A stretch of DNA of 64,000 nucleotides from a virus. Made by a program: the position numbers and the translations under genes. Below the pieces are notes generated by a model, which made no database searches, was not told where the DNA came from, and saw only the letters and a program-made list of their open reading frames with translations. Within the stretch, counting starts at the first letter, position 1; the number at the start of each line of letters is the position of its first letter. The DNA lies in IMG/VR virus record IMGVR_UViG_3300049203_000068, positions 3,339 to 67,338 of that record, one strand, 5' to 3'. Of the stretch, positions 47,400-56,673 are shown in pieces.

Positions 47400-48065
47400 T
47401 CAACCAATCTTTCGAAACCCGATCACCCAAACCCAAGGATTTGACTCCCATGAGAAGCCGCGCTTTGCGTTGATCGAATCCCAGCCGTTACGAAAGCGTC
47501 CGATGATCGTTACGTCCGAGGCGCGCGGGTCTACCTGCTCAACGCCTTCCGCAAGACAGTCTGCGGCGCTGATGCCCTGTATGCGCTCAACTCTTATGTC
47601 TGTTATTTCGAGTGTGGTACGACTGGCCCATCGGAACATAAAGCGCGGATTAAGGTTCGGTTTGACTCGATAGTGTGTTGTCCAGTCCCGTCTGCTTTCC
47701 ATGAACCGGACGAAGCGATCGTTTCCAACGCCTTGGCCATCAGCGGAGTAATAGAAGTTCGTGTGCTCAAGCGAATAATGAATCGCCTCTTTAACCCAAA
47801 TGCGATCTCCTGGCCCGCCGTGTGGGCAAGCGATCTCTTTATTTTCTGTTGGATGACAAATCCATAGATGCTTCTTTAGTCCGAAGCGACCGCGCTTGTA
47901 ATATTCAGACCAGTCCGTGATTTCGTGCCGCATCCACGATTCGAGCGGTTGCGGTTTGATAATGCGACGCGTCTGCGTCTTCTTTCCGTTGAGGATCGCA
48001 CGTATGCTTTCCCCGGTGAAGATCATCCCCGTCTCTTTCACTTCTACTGCTGTTGCTGTGGTCAT
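47400..48065 (-). CDS. ASCH/PUA-like phage protein
   Basis: IRAILNGKKTQTRR...GDRIWVKE...RVERIQ...WESNPWVWVI. Confidence 0.8.
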   Translation of the reverse strand: MTTATAVEVKETGMIFTGESIRAILNGKKTQTRRIIKPQPLESWMRHEITDWSEYYKRGRFGLKKHLWICHPTENKEIACPHGGPGDRIWVKEAIHYSLEHTNFYYSADGQGVGNDRFVRFMESRRDWTTHYRVKPNLNPRFMFRWASRTTLEITDIRVERIQGISAADCLAEGVEQVDPRASDVTIIGRFRNGWDSINAKRGFSWESNPWVWVIGFRKIG

Positions 48066-48502
48066 AAACATAGTCCCTCGCCGCTTACGTGCGTCACGTT
48101 TCGCCATGCAAATTTTAGATACTCCGGCATGATCCATAGATGACGCATGTTGGAGACATTAACCACGTCCCGATCGCGCGGATAGACCTCAACCGCATCC
48201 TGTTCCGAGTATCCGACGCCGTTCTTTATCTTTTGCAATTCATCCCATGTGATATGGGCCAGCCAATTCCCCGCCGCGTCAACGGTCGTGCGGCAGATTG
48301 AGAGCCTGATGACGCCGCCATTCTCGTTGAATGCTTGGACTAGAAAACGGTTAGAGCGAAACACCGCGAACCGTGTTGGCTCAGTGTCGTGCGGCCAGTT
48401 CTCTCTCGTAAGCTGCACGAAGTCATCCGAGAGGTTGCGGTTAACTTTCCGCAGATGCGATCTCGCTAACGATAGGTTTACCCGCCGCTCTTGTCGGTTC
48501 AT
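48062..48502 (-). CDS. conserved phage protein
   Basis: ITWDELQKIKN...AVEVYP....VVNVSNMRHLW. Confidence 0.75.
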   Translation of the reverse strand: MNRQERRVNLSLARSHLRKVNRNLSDDFVQLTRENWPHDTEPTRFAVFRSNRFLVQAFNENGGVIRLSICRTTVDAAGNWLAHITWDELQKIKNGVGYSEQDAVEVYPRDRDVVNVSNMRHLWIMPEYLKFAWRNVTHVSGEGLCL

Positions 48503-48759
48503 GCGTTGATCTTCCTTCGCGCCTTATGCGCGCTCATCTTTGAAGCTATCGCCATCTCAACTCTTCCCGGTGGATGTCCGAGATGCCAATGAGACCTGCA
48601 CGGATACTCGTTGAGTAAATCGCCTCCCATTTCGTGAAACTTTCTTGCTGCTGCTCGCGCCTGTCCCGCAGTGCGGTATTGAATCTTTCGCTCGCACTTG
48701 GATCTCCTTATGTGGCGCTTGCTGCTCATGCTGCTGTTGGCCATTCCTTCATTGCCCAC
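48499..48759 (-). CDS. small Zn-binding basic protein
   Basis: C..K..Y...A...YPC..HWHLGH. Confidence 0.6.
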   Translation of the reverse strand: MGNEGMANSSMSSKRHIRRSKCERKIQYRTAGQARAAARKFHEMGGDLLNEYPCRSHWHLGHPPGRVEMAIASKMSAHKARRKINA

Positions 48760-49694
48760 ACGTCATTAGGTATGCGGCCCTGCATTCCCGGCCTTGGTCC
48801 ACTGTCCTGTTTGACGTAAACGCTCACGCCTGCGGCTCGCGCTGACTCGGCAAGTATCAGCGCTTCGGTCAACGGCATTTCTCTATGTCCAGCGCCGCTC
48901 TCGCCGCCGATGACTATTCCGTCAATCGCTGCTCTTCTGCCGTCCTCAGAGTCAAGCCAGTTCCGGTAAAGCAGGCCGCCCGATCCCCCGCACTGCGGAC
49001 AAACGAGTGATGACGAGGGCGACGGCAATAAGGTAGATTCCGATCCGAGCCATCCGCAGGCGCAATGCCATGTTCGGGCGTTGATTCCGGCCAGTAAGGG
49101 CTCCACACTGATCCATCTAACCGCCGCCGGGGTTTCAAGAAGTTCCGGTATCCGTTCGTCAGCGTTCTCTTGATCTTCGACTGAGACGCCTAGGTGAACA
49201 TTAGGCAAGGGCCACGACGCGGCCGCTTCGCGTAGCGCCCTCATGTGGTCAAGTACGAGAACCCACGTTCGCGTGCGGTTCATGTGATAAGGATCGGAGA
49301 AGTAGTCGCGCATCCGCTTCGCCCGTTTAGTGAGAAGTTGGAATGTAACGTCAGGCCGCAGACAGAAAACGGCGAAATGCTGATCGATAATTTCATCAGA
49401 CACCCAGTCGCCAAACAGATCCGTCATATCGTCAACAAAGACTTTCTTGCCCGCGATCTTCTTTGACTTCAAAACCTGATTCGCCTCTGCCATGTCGAAG
49501 TACGGCGTCAGTGATTTCATGTTCTCAGCCGTGAACGATTCGCCCCGGCCCCAACGTTTTGCAAGTGCTTCGCTATAACAAAATCGGCATCCCTCAGAAG
49601 CATGAACACACGCCCAAACCGTCTCGCCCTTGGCGTTTCGATATTTCAAGAAGTTAACCGAGAAGTCTGTCCACCCGATGCTTGTTTGCTGCAT
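48726..49694 (-). CDS. phage Gp37/Gp68 (DUF5131) family protein
   Basis: IGWTD, GCRFCYSE, MTDLF, QLLTKR, LGVSVEDQ, SVEPLL, VIGGESG. Confidence 0.9.
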   Translation of the reverse strand: MQQTSIGWTDFSVNFLKYRNAKGETVWACVHASEGCRFCYSEALAKRWGRGESFTAENMKSLTPYFDMAEANQVLKSKKIAGKKVFVDDMTDLFGDWVSDEIIDQHFAVFCLRPDVTFQLLTKRAKRMRDYFSDPYHMNRTRTWVLVLDHMRALREAAASWPLPNVHLGVSVEDQENADERIPELLETPAAVRWISVEPLLAGINARTWHCACGWLGSESTLLPSPSSSLVCPQCGGSGGLLYRNWLDSEDGRRAAIDGIVIGGESGAGHREMPLTEALILAESARAAGVSVYVKQDSGPRPGMQGRIPNDVWAMKEWPTAA

Positions 49695-49779
49695 TCTCTA
49701 CCTCTTACTTTGTTTGAGCCTTTGCGGCCATTCCCAAAACTCCAGAAAGGAAACAGCCGCGCTTGCTCAGTTGAAAAGG

Positions 49780-50124
49780 TTACGGTGTTGGCGTTGCCGG
49801 ATTTAGTGTCGCGTTGATCTGGTCTGCCATTGACTGTCCTGCCGCCTTGATGCCGTCGATCTCATCCTGTATCGCTGGATTATCCGTTGGCAGCGCGTTG
49901 AGCCGGTTGATGATTTCAGTTACGCCGGGCGCAACCACGTCCGTCAATAAAGTCTGCACTTCTTTCAGTTGATCCTCTTGGCCCATAATTCTCCTTCGTA
50001 AGATTAAGACTCCAACGATCGCGATGACCGTCAAAATCAAGTTAATTAGCATGAGAACTTTCATGTACGTTCTCCTTCGATGGTCTAAATCATGTACTTC
50101 CGTTTCATGCGCCCGCATTGACAC
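49780..50124 (-). CDS. membrane-anchored hypothetical protein
   Basis: One TM segment; start uncertain. Confidence 0.5.
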   Translation of the reverse strand: MSMRAHETEVHDLDHRRRTYMKVLMLINLILTVIAIVGVLILRRRIMGQEDQLKEVQTLLTDVVAPGVTEIINRLNALPTDNPAIQDEIDGIKAAGQSMADQINATLNPATPTP

Positions 50125-50175
50125 ACCCGACTGTTATTCGGGAAGACGTGGATCAGTCCCGCGCATTTCATGTCA

Positions 50176-50613
50176 CTATCTCTCCTGAATCTCAAAATGG
50201 TTGATTCGTTCATGCTTCATGCTCAGGGCCATCGGTATCAACCATTGGAGATTCGGCAATGCCTCCGATTTACTAAGCGCCGGCAGCCCGCAGCACACGA
50301 CCGCCTCATCGGTTAGGGACTTCGCTTTCAACACATCTCCCGTTGCATAGAAGAAGTGGACCAGCCAACCACGATCATCGCGCAGCGTGCAGAAACACTG
50401 CCACGCCTGATGCTCAATGCCTGTCTCTTCAAAGAACTCTCGCCGCATGGCCTGATCTGGTGTTTCCTCGCTTTCAATTCGCCCACCAATACCGTTTAGT
50501 TTTCCGGCTTGCCACGCTGGGCGATTCTTACGAATCAAGAGAACTGCTTCCCCGATGTGGTCAAACATAAAGCCAACGACGTATTCGCGGTTTGGTTCTA
50601 GATGTTCGCTCAA
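50176..50613 (-). CDS. Nudix hydrolase
   Basis: GGRIESEETPDQAMRREFFEETGI Nudix box. Confidence 0.92.
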   Translation of the reverse strand: MSEHLEPNREYVVGFMFDHIGEAVLLIRKNRPAWQAGKLNGIGGRIESEETPDQAMRREFFEETGIEHQAWQCFCTLRDDRGWLVHFFYATGDVLKAKSLTDEAVVCCGLPALSKSEALPNLQWLIPMALSMKHERINHFEIQER

Positions 50614-50655
50614 TTTCTCTCTCTCCGTGTTGAATAGGTTAGTTCAGAGTTCATT

Positions 50656-51435
50656 TCATGCCGTTGCGAAGTCCATTGTTTCCTGCCTGCCTTCAAGGGT
50701 TTGATCCGCAGAGAAATCAAGAACTTCCTGTGACATCCGCTTTGCGGCGATCTCGCAGTATCTTTCATCTACGTCGATGCCGATTGCGCGATGGCCTAGA
50801 TTTTTGGCCGCTCGCAACGTCGTACCACTACCCATGAACGGATCGAGAACAAGAGCGTCAACCGGAACCAGTTGCATTACCCATCGCATAACGTCTTGCG
50901 GTTTCTGCGCTATATGATCGCGTTCGCTATCAATCTTGCAGGCATATACGTTTTGGGGCGATCCTTGTCCGTCGAGTGCGGGGCCATTGGTTGCGTAAAT
51001 CACGTATTCGGCTGAGGACGAAAAGCGTCCTTTCTGCATCCGGCATCCGGGCTTCCACCATGTCCCAAGATTGCGCCACGTCCAACCGCCCGCCTGCACC
51101 GCGTCTGTAAGAATCGGAAGCTGCCTCCAGTCGATAAAAGAAGCCAATACCGCGCCCGTGAGTGATGCGCCACGAGCCGCGTTGAGCCACATAGATGACC
51201 AAGCCAGAAATCCGCGTTGATCACGTGTGTCACCTGCAAATTCAGGACGGTAAGCCGCCGTGTCACTGTTGACGTATTTCATGGTTGTCAATTGCGCTCT
51301 GTCGCCACGAAAAGCGCCGCCGGACGAATAGGGAGGATCTGTAACCAGTGCACCAATCCCGCCAAGCTGATGCAAAACTTCAAAACAATCCGCGTGATAG
51401 ATCGTTACTGCTTCATCTTGATAGTACGGATTCAT
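50656..51435 (-). CDS. DNA N6-adenine/N4-cytosine methyltransferase (beta class)
   Basis: TDPPY, H..QKP, VLDPFMGSGTT. Confidence 0.93.
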   Translation of the reverse strand: MNPYYQDEAVTIYHADCFEVLHQLGGIGALVTDPPYSSGGAFRGDRAQLTTMKYVNSDTAAYRPEFAGDTRDQRGFLAWSSMWLNAARGASLTGAVLASFIDWRQLPILTDAVQAGGWTWRNLGTWWKPGCRMQKGRFSSSAEYVIYATNGPALDGQGSPQNVYACKIDSERDHIAQKPQDVMRWVMQLVPVDALVLDPFMGSGTTLRAAKNLGHRAIGIDVDERYCEIAAKRMSQEVLDFSADQTLEGRQETMDFATA

Positions 51436-51483
51436 TTACGCTGCTAAACTCTTTCTATCTGCCTGATACCTAACAAATGATCT

Positions 51484-51870
51484 TTACGCCGCAAGGTGGA
51501 ATTCTCTTTCCTGAATTCTGATGGCTTTGCAATCAAAAATAAGTTCTGTTAACGCGTCTCCAATTAAGTCATAATCAAGTTTTGTTTCTCTGCGAATTGC
51601 TTCTCGTGTTCTGCATCCATTGTTAACCGCGTCATACACTTGACTGAATGCCATGCTTGGAGATAGCACCATCGGCTTGCGTTCAATTCCTAATTCACGT
51701 CTGCGATATTCACGAGCGCCGCGGGCCGCGCGTAACTCTCTTGACCGTCTGCGGCAGCAGGACTTGCAGTAAACATATCTTTGGTCCACTGCTCGCCGGT
51801 CGCGTGGAAATTCGTTCAGGCTTAATTTCTGGCCAGCACGTTTACAGTTGATGTCTTTGCAGATCTTCAT
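51484..51870 (-). CDS. Zn-finger / HTH hypothetical protein
   Basis: MKIC....C...CKSC. Confidence 0.6.
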   Translation of the reverse strand: MKICKDINCKRAGQKLSLNEFPRDRRAVDQRYVYCKSCCRRRSRELRAARGAREYRRRELGIERKPMVLSPSMAFSQVYDAVNNGCRTREAIRRETKLDYDLIGDALTELIFDCKAIRIQEREFHLAA

Positions 51871-52112
51871 GCTGCCTTCGTCTGCTCCTGCTCTACGATC
51901 TCAATCCCGCGCCAGCGTCGTGATCGTTTTATCCAGTTCCGCGCTTCCATCTTCTTCAAGTGAGCGTGTACCGTCGCACTCGATTCCATCTCAAACACCT
52001 GCCCGATCTCTTTGAACGTGGGTGCGAATCCGTTTCGGCTCAAGTAGCGCTTGATGAACTCGAAGATTCGTAATGTTTTGTTGATAGTTGCCATATTCAG
52101 ATCCTGCACCAC
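51867..52112 (-). CDS. stand-alone LexA-type DNA-binding domain
   Basis: IFEFIKRY...NGFAPTFKEIG...SSATVHAHLKKME..NWIKR...RGIEI. Confidence 0.85.
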   Translation of the reverse strand: MVQDLNMATINKTLRIFEFIKRYLSRNGFAPTFKEIGQVFEMESSATVHAHLKKMEARNWIKRSRRWRGIEIVEQEQTKAA

Positions 52113-52456
52113 ACAGCTAAATCGGTAGCGTTCATGTTTGGACGTTTGGCTTTCACGTAGTAGCCGGTCTTCTTTGCTAATCCCAGTCTTGCAACCATCA
52201 TCATCAAACTACCCATGCAGTTCGGACTCACTTCATTCGATGGAGGATCGCCCGCAATCTCTCTGACATCCTCAACCGTAAACGTCTTTCCACTTGGAAA
52301 CCCCGCGACTGCGGATCGAAACGCGTCTCGATACCAATCCGGCGTATGGCGAAGGACGGATCGCATACCGCTCTTTTTCAGTTCTTCACCTGTAAGCGGT
52401 TGAGAAACCGATGCGGGAGCGCCTTCGAAGATCTTGTCTAGTAGTGGCATGCTCAT
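52097..52456 (-). CDS. hypothetical phage protein
   Basis: Coupled ORF. Confidence 0.65.
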   Translation of the reverse strand: MSMPLLDKIFEGAPASVSQPLTGEELKKSGMRSVLRHTPDWYRDAFRSAVAGFPSGKTFTVEDVREIAGDPPSNEVSPNCMGSLMMMVARLGLAKKTGYYVKAKRPNMNATDLAVWCRI

Positions 52457-53010
52457 AGATGCCCGTACCTCGCTCGGAACATTTCCAGGGCTTCGTCTTC
52501 GCTGACTTGCGGTATTTGTTCGCGTCTGCGCTGTCCGTAGTTTTTAACTTTCGGAAGTGGTAACGGAGTGATTCCGGGGTCAAGTTGAAAACCAATTGTG
52601 CTAGGTCGCTGCGTCACCGCGCGCTTAGAAAGTTCGTCGGCTTCTCCGTTTTGCTCACGGGGTATCCAAACAATCACAACTTCTGGCAGTTGGGCTTTCA
52701 GCGCATGCGCTTCGTGGAAGTAGGGAACGTATGCGCCGTTCTTCACTTTCCAATGTCCAGTGATTTGCTTGACGACTAGGTTCGCATCTCCGTAGACCAC
52801 GGCGCGAGAAATGTTTTCACGGATGAAGTATCGCAGCACGGCGATACATCCAGCGTACTCGACACAGTTATTTGAGAGTGAGGGCCAACGCCCTACGTAA
52901 ACCGCATCCGAATGAATCACGACGCTATTTCGTTTGATAACAATTCCGTAACCGCCGTGGCCGCCGGGATTGTGCGGCTGGACCGCTCCATCAAACCACG
53001 CCTCGATCAT
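52453..53010 (-). CDS. ribonuclease HI-like protein
   Basis: WFDGA..NPG..GYG, NNCVEY, GDANLVVKQ, WIPREQN.EADELS. Confidence 0.9.
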   Translation of the reverse strand: MIEAWFDGAVQPHNPGGHGGYGIVIKRNSVVIHSDAVYVGRWPSLSNNCVEYAGCIAVLRYFIRENISRAVVYGDANLVVKQITGHWKVKNGAYVPYFHEAHALKAQLPEVVIVWIPREQNGEADELSKRAVTQRPSTIGFQLDPGITPLPLPKVKNYGQRRREQIPQVSEDEALEMFRARYGHL

Positions 53011-53480
53011 TTCAGTACCTCGCACGGCACGCCGTATGTGTAATCTCTTTGCAGGAACGGATCGCGTTTCACGATCAGTCTTGTCCCCGTGTTGTTGCAG
53101 TGAGGGCAAACCTCCTTGCCCCGAAAGTCGTATCGGCCAATCCGTGGCATAGATTCACGTTCCGCCACTTTTATCCGTTGCCAGGCAACGCACACTTCGG
53201 AAACATCAAGCGTGAAAGTTGACGTGCGTTCGCGGCGTGCGCTTGCGATGCACTCAGCAAGTCTGTGTTCGGGTACAAGATCTTGAAGTGTGAGCGTCCA
53301 CGCTTCCACCATCAGATCGAATTCATCCTCAACCGGACGGGCTGGATTACCGGCGAAGTATCGATTCAACTGGTTCATCACCGAGGCTGCGTAACTCGGC
53401 CGCACGTTCGCGTGCCCTGACGGTTGCGGCGTTCCTTCGTTCAGAAGCTGTTTGATACGTTCCGAGTTGATTTGTTCCAT
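53007..53480 (-). CDS. putative helicase loader/inhibitor (lambda P position)
   Basis: Directly after the initiator; C-terminal CPHC...C; function inferred from synteny only. Confidence 0.5.
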   Translation of the reverse strand: MEQINSERIKQLLNEGTPQPSGHANVRPSYAASVMNQLNRYFAGNPARPVEDEFDLMVEAWTLTLQDLVPEHRLAECIASARRERTSTFTLDVSEVCVAWQRIKVAERESMPRIGRYDFRGKEVCPHCNNTGTRLIVKRDPFLQRDYTYGVPCEVLK

Positions 53481-54240
53481 TACCGTTTCCGTTTCTTCGT
53501 GCGCGACCTTCAAGTTCGCGCATTCGATTTCGCCATGTGGCGGGCCAGTCGAGTTTCTTCCCTCGCTGCCCGGGAATCCCGCGCCAGTAGTCGCAAAACT
53601 CGGCCAACGCGATATCAAGATTTACGTGCGGAGCGTCTAGCGCTGCCCATTCCCTCATGCTTGAGTTGAGACAGAAATCGTCAGGCAAACGTGTACCCCG
53701 CGAATCAGCGCGCGACCTAGTGCGCTGTGGTTCCTCTTGGGTTCTTTCCTCTAGGGTTCCTTCTTCACTGGGTTTCTTCCTTATTTCATGTGGTGAACTT
53801 GTAACTTCACTGTATGAACTTGCAACTTCATCCTGTGAACTTGCGTGTTCATGTGGTGAACTTGGCCCTTTAGCAACTTCATCCTGTGAACTTGCGAAGT
53901 GGGACATATTCTGGGGCCAAATATCCGCGACCGTGATCGAATGGTTAGGCTTGCCGCCCTTCTGATTAACCTCATCCGACACGGTGATTAACGGGATAGT
54001 CAGCGGCTTAAAAACGCGCTGAAGCGATAGTTTTGCTTTGCTCACCATCCCGCTACTCATGCCGGTCTCGCGCGCGAGAGTCGCGGTTGACTTCCAGCAC
54101 ACACCATCCGATCCCGCAGTGCGTTTCAGATGGACGTAGAGAGTTAGTTCGTATGGTGTTAGTCCGAGTAGTAGCACGATGTTTGGTATCTCGGTTCGAT
54201 ACTTTCGGGGGTCGCCCCTGTCGGTTACGCGTTGGGCCAT
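53347..54240 (-). CDS. replication initiator (lambda O-like, N-terminal wHTH)
   Basis: LYVHL...CWKSTATLARETGMS; RGTRLPDDF...FCDYW...DWPATWRN; internal iterons. Confidence 0.85.
   Translation of the reverse strand: MAQRVTDRGDPRKYRTEIPNIVLLLGLTPYELTLYVHLKRTAGSDGVCWKSTATLARETGMSSGMVSKAKLSLQRVFKPLTIPLITVSDEVNQKGGKPNHSITVADIWPQNMSHFASSQDEVAKGPSSPHEHASSQDEVASSYSEVTSSPHEIRKKPSEEGTLEERTQEEPQRTRSRADSRGTRLPDDFCLNSSMREWAALDAPHVNLDIALAEFCDYWRGIPGQRGKKLDWPATWRNRMRELEGRARRNGNGNGTNQLGTYQTASERRNAATVRARERAAELRSLGDEPVESILRR
53785..53894. repeat. replication origin iterons, 5 x TTCA-N5-TGAACTTG
   Basis: Copies start at 53785, 53806, 53827, 53848 (21-bp spacing) and 53878. Confidence 0.85.
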
Positions 54241-54250
54241 TGAAAGGAAA

Positions 54251-54336
54251 GAACCTCATTTCAGGTGCTTGGTGCGTTTGGGCTGGGACTTTGCACTGGT
54301 ACAAAGTAGCGACCGAAAGCACCTGAAATCAGGTTC
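54251..54336 (-). promoter_or_regulatory. long hairpin (attenuator-like) just upstream of the initiator gene
   Basis: 20-bp inverted repeat 54251-54270 / 54317-54336 with one mismatch; followed by UUUCCUUU on the minus strand. Confidence 0.65.
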
Positions 54337-54439
54337 CTCATGTCCAGTGACTTGTCCGCAGTTGCCTAAGCCGCGCCCCAAGCGGGGAATGTAATGTCAT
54401 GGTTGTTCTAGCACCTTTCGAGAAGTTAAGTTTTGGATC

Positions 54440-54685
54440 TCACTCTCCCGCGCTTGCGCCGACACCGATAGCGCTTTCAGTCTTAGCTATCGCCTCAGTA
54501 ACTAGATGGTCTATATTTCTTGTGTGTCGCGCCGCGTTCAGCAACGCTTCGATTTCGGAGTTGCCTTCGCCCAGGATGCAGAAAGTTTCAAACCACACTT
54601 CGTAGCGATGGTCATCACCGGGTTGTGCCTTTTCGACGTAGATACAACCGGCCTCGCCCTTGAACTCACTGATTGATTTAATCAC
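54440..54685 (-). CDS. hypothetical protein
   Basis: GGAGG RBS. Confidence 0.6.
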   Translation of the reverse strand: MIKSISEFKGEAGCIYVEKAQPGDDHRYEVWFETFCILGEGNSEIEALLNAARHTRNIDHLVTEAIAKTESAIGVGASAGE

Positions 54686-55181
54686 CGCTCACACCTCCGC
54701 TTGCTGCGAGGGCTGCATCCGTAGCACTTTCCGAGCTTGTCTCTGAACTCGGAATAGATAACGTCGCCTCTGATTTCTTGTTTGGTTTGCGCGGTGCACG
54801 CGCTACAGACTTTGGGGGTTCAAAATCGTGAGACTTGATGTAGCCGCGGTCATGATCGGGATGCTCTTTGACGTTCCCGCAAACGCCACACTTCGCCTCT
54901 TTGTCTGCTGTGGGTTCTTTCTGCGCCAGCGGACTTGCGGAGGACTTCTTTGTGGACCGCTGACGTGGCTGTGGCGCCAGAGACTTCTCCAGCGCACCAT
55001 ACGCCGCTCGTAAGGCGTTAACCACGGCTTCTTCCTTCTCCACTACGCCTATCGCCGCAACCGCCTCCGAACGCCGCTTTGCCAGCAAGTCTTCCGCAAG
55101 TGTTAATTGCTGTCGCGCGTCACTCAGCACCTGTTCGTATTTAGTAATCGGCTTCGCCATCTCGATTTCCTTTCGCATCAA
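54678..55181 (-). CDS. hypothetical coiled-coil protein
   Basis: ORF with RBS. Confidence 0.6.
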   Translation of the reverse strand: MMRKEIEMAKPITKYEQVLSDARQQLTLAEDLLAKRRSEAVAAIGVVEKEEAVVNALRAAYGALEKSLAPQPRQRSTKKSSASPLAQKEPTADKEAKCGVCGNVKEHPDHDRGYIKSHDFEPPKSVARAPRKPNKKSEATLSIPSSETSSESATDAALAASGGVSGD

Positions 55182-55189
55182 TCCCCGAT

Positions 55190-55545
55190 CTGGAAGTTTT
55201 AGGACCAGCGACCCCTGCCCCTAGCGAGAAAGATCGCCAGCCCCTCGTTCGCGCGACTATTTTCCGGGCGTGTCACGCGAACTAATCTGGAGCGGGAATG
55301 TCCCCTCACAGGAGCACGAATCCCAGAAGATCAAGAAATTCGCACTCGCAAACATCCCCGCATAACTTTTCAAAGACGCCTGACGCTCATTTTCAACTAA
55401 ATGATTTTGAGGGGCGGCCTGTCACCAAAGACGTACAGCTACCTCCGACATCCTTTGATTTGCATCGTTGGCCTGTAAGCCGCCCGTAAATTTACTGAGA
55501 GGCGTTGGTAAGTTCGGACACCTAAGCGCCCTAGCCTCGTAAGAA
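55190..55545 (-). ncRNA. candidate structured intergenic RNA
   Basis: 11-bp stem at 55247-55282; nested stems at 55412-55485; G-U pairs favour the minus strand. Confidence 0.35.
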
Positions 55546-55549
55546 CGTT

Positions 55550-56665
55550 CTATGCAAACGCCGGCTCCTCAGTGCTGATCAGGTTTGGATCTTTCTTCGC
55601 CGCCTCTCTTGCTCTGTCAACCAAGTCATCCCATGCTGGAAACGCTCGCTTGGCGTTAGCGATTACCTGAACATTAAGATCCGTCATCTTTGCGTTAGTC
55701 ACACAACGCTTGAATACCCGATTCATATCCGAGATGGACTTATCGACTTTCTCTCGATACTCCATTGGGGTTTTGAATCCGTAGAGCATCGTTAGATAGT
55801 TTGAGTACTCAATCTTCCAATTCTTTTCGAAGCGAAAGAGTTTTTCGTCAAATAGGATTTCTTGCTCCAGTCGCGGACGCTCTTTGTTCAAAACGTATCC
55901 CGTGATCTCGGTAAGATCCGCAACGTACTCGCTCTCGACCGGCGAGGGATTCAGGATCGGAAACTCAAGTAGCATGCAGTCATCGCGGCAGACGTAAACT
56001 ATGTGCGCCTCGTTCATCCCCAGCGACTTGAGATAGTGAAACGCCTGTGATCGATGGTTAACGCCCGGCTGTTGTGATCGGTCATACTTCGCGTACATGA
56101 ACGTCGAACAACTTTTGATTTCTAAGACGATAGTCTTTAATGCGTCGTTACCAAATTGCTTTTCAAGGCTGTCAATGATCGCCAGCGAAGCGTTTTCCAG
56201 CATTTCCGGTAAGCCAAGAAAGCTTAGTTCCTTGCGCGCCTTGCGCCAGTCGGGTTGGCCGCCCGCCAGGAAGTCAAGTTTGCCCGACACTCGCAAGAGG
56301 CCCGGATACTGGTAGCTGAGTCTGGTTTGCTGTTCGACCAATATCCCGGCCCGCTTCAGTACCAATGCGCAAAGCCATTCCCAAATGTCACCCGCCTGAA
56401 ACTTTCTTAGGCTGCGATTGTTTGGCGCGTTACTCGGCTGAACGCCGCTCATCTTCAAATAACGGTCAAGCATCCCGCCGCCGATCTCCGAAGCCCACAC
56501 GTAGTCTCGCGGGACCAGCAAACGCTCTTGACGAACCACTAGCGATTGATTCCAAACGTTCGCAAAGTCCCACGATGGACCATCGTGAACCACTCGCGGC
56601 TCAGGCAGGGGCGCGGTCCACCCAAGCGCGGCCTTAAGTTTTTGCAGTAGAGCGTTAGCGATCAT
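55550..56665 (-). CDS. PD-(D/E)XK (Cas4/RecB-like) exonuclease
   Basis: WASEIG, VSGKLD, VLEIKS, Q..HY. Confidence 0.75.
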   Translation of the reverse strand: MIANALLQKLKAALGWTAPLPEPRVVHDGPSWDFANVWNQSLVVRQERLLVPRDYVWASEIGGGMLDRYLKMSGVQPSNAPNNRSLRKFQAGDIWEWLCALVLKRAGILVEQQTRLSYQYPGLLRVSGKLDFLAGGQPDWRKARKELSFLGLPEMLENASLAIIDSLEKQFGNDALKTIVLEIKSCSTFMYAKYDRSQQPGVNHRSQAFHYLKSLGMNEAHIVYVCRDDCMLLEFPILNPSPVESEYVADLTEITGYVLNKERPRLEQEILFDEKLFRFEKNWKIEYSNYLTMLYGFKTPMEYREKVDKSISDMNRVFKRCVTNAKMTDLNVQVIANAKRAFPAWDDLVDRAREAAKKDPNLISTEEPAFA

Positions 56666-56673
56666 GGTTGCCC

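Noticed and set aside
50414-50427. Nudix ETGIE codons match five units of the gapped target pattern
   Set aside because: Only 10 specified bases match, which is chance level, and adjacent units mismatch.
55550-56665. Cas4-like nuclease as part of the RAMP system
   Set aside because: It lies far from the cassette, next to the SSB-like gene in the recombination module, where such exonucleases are routine.
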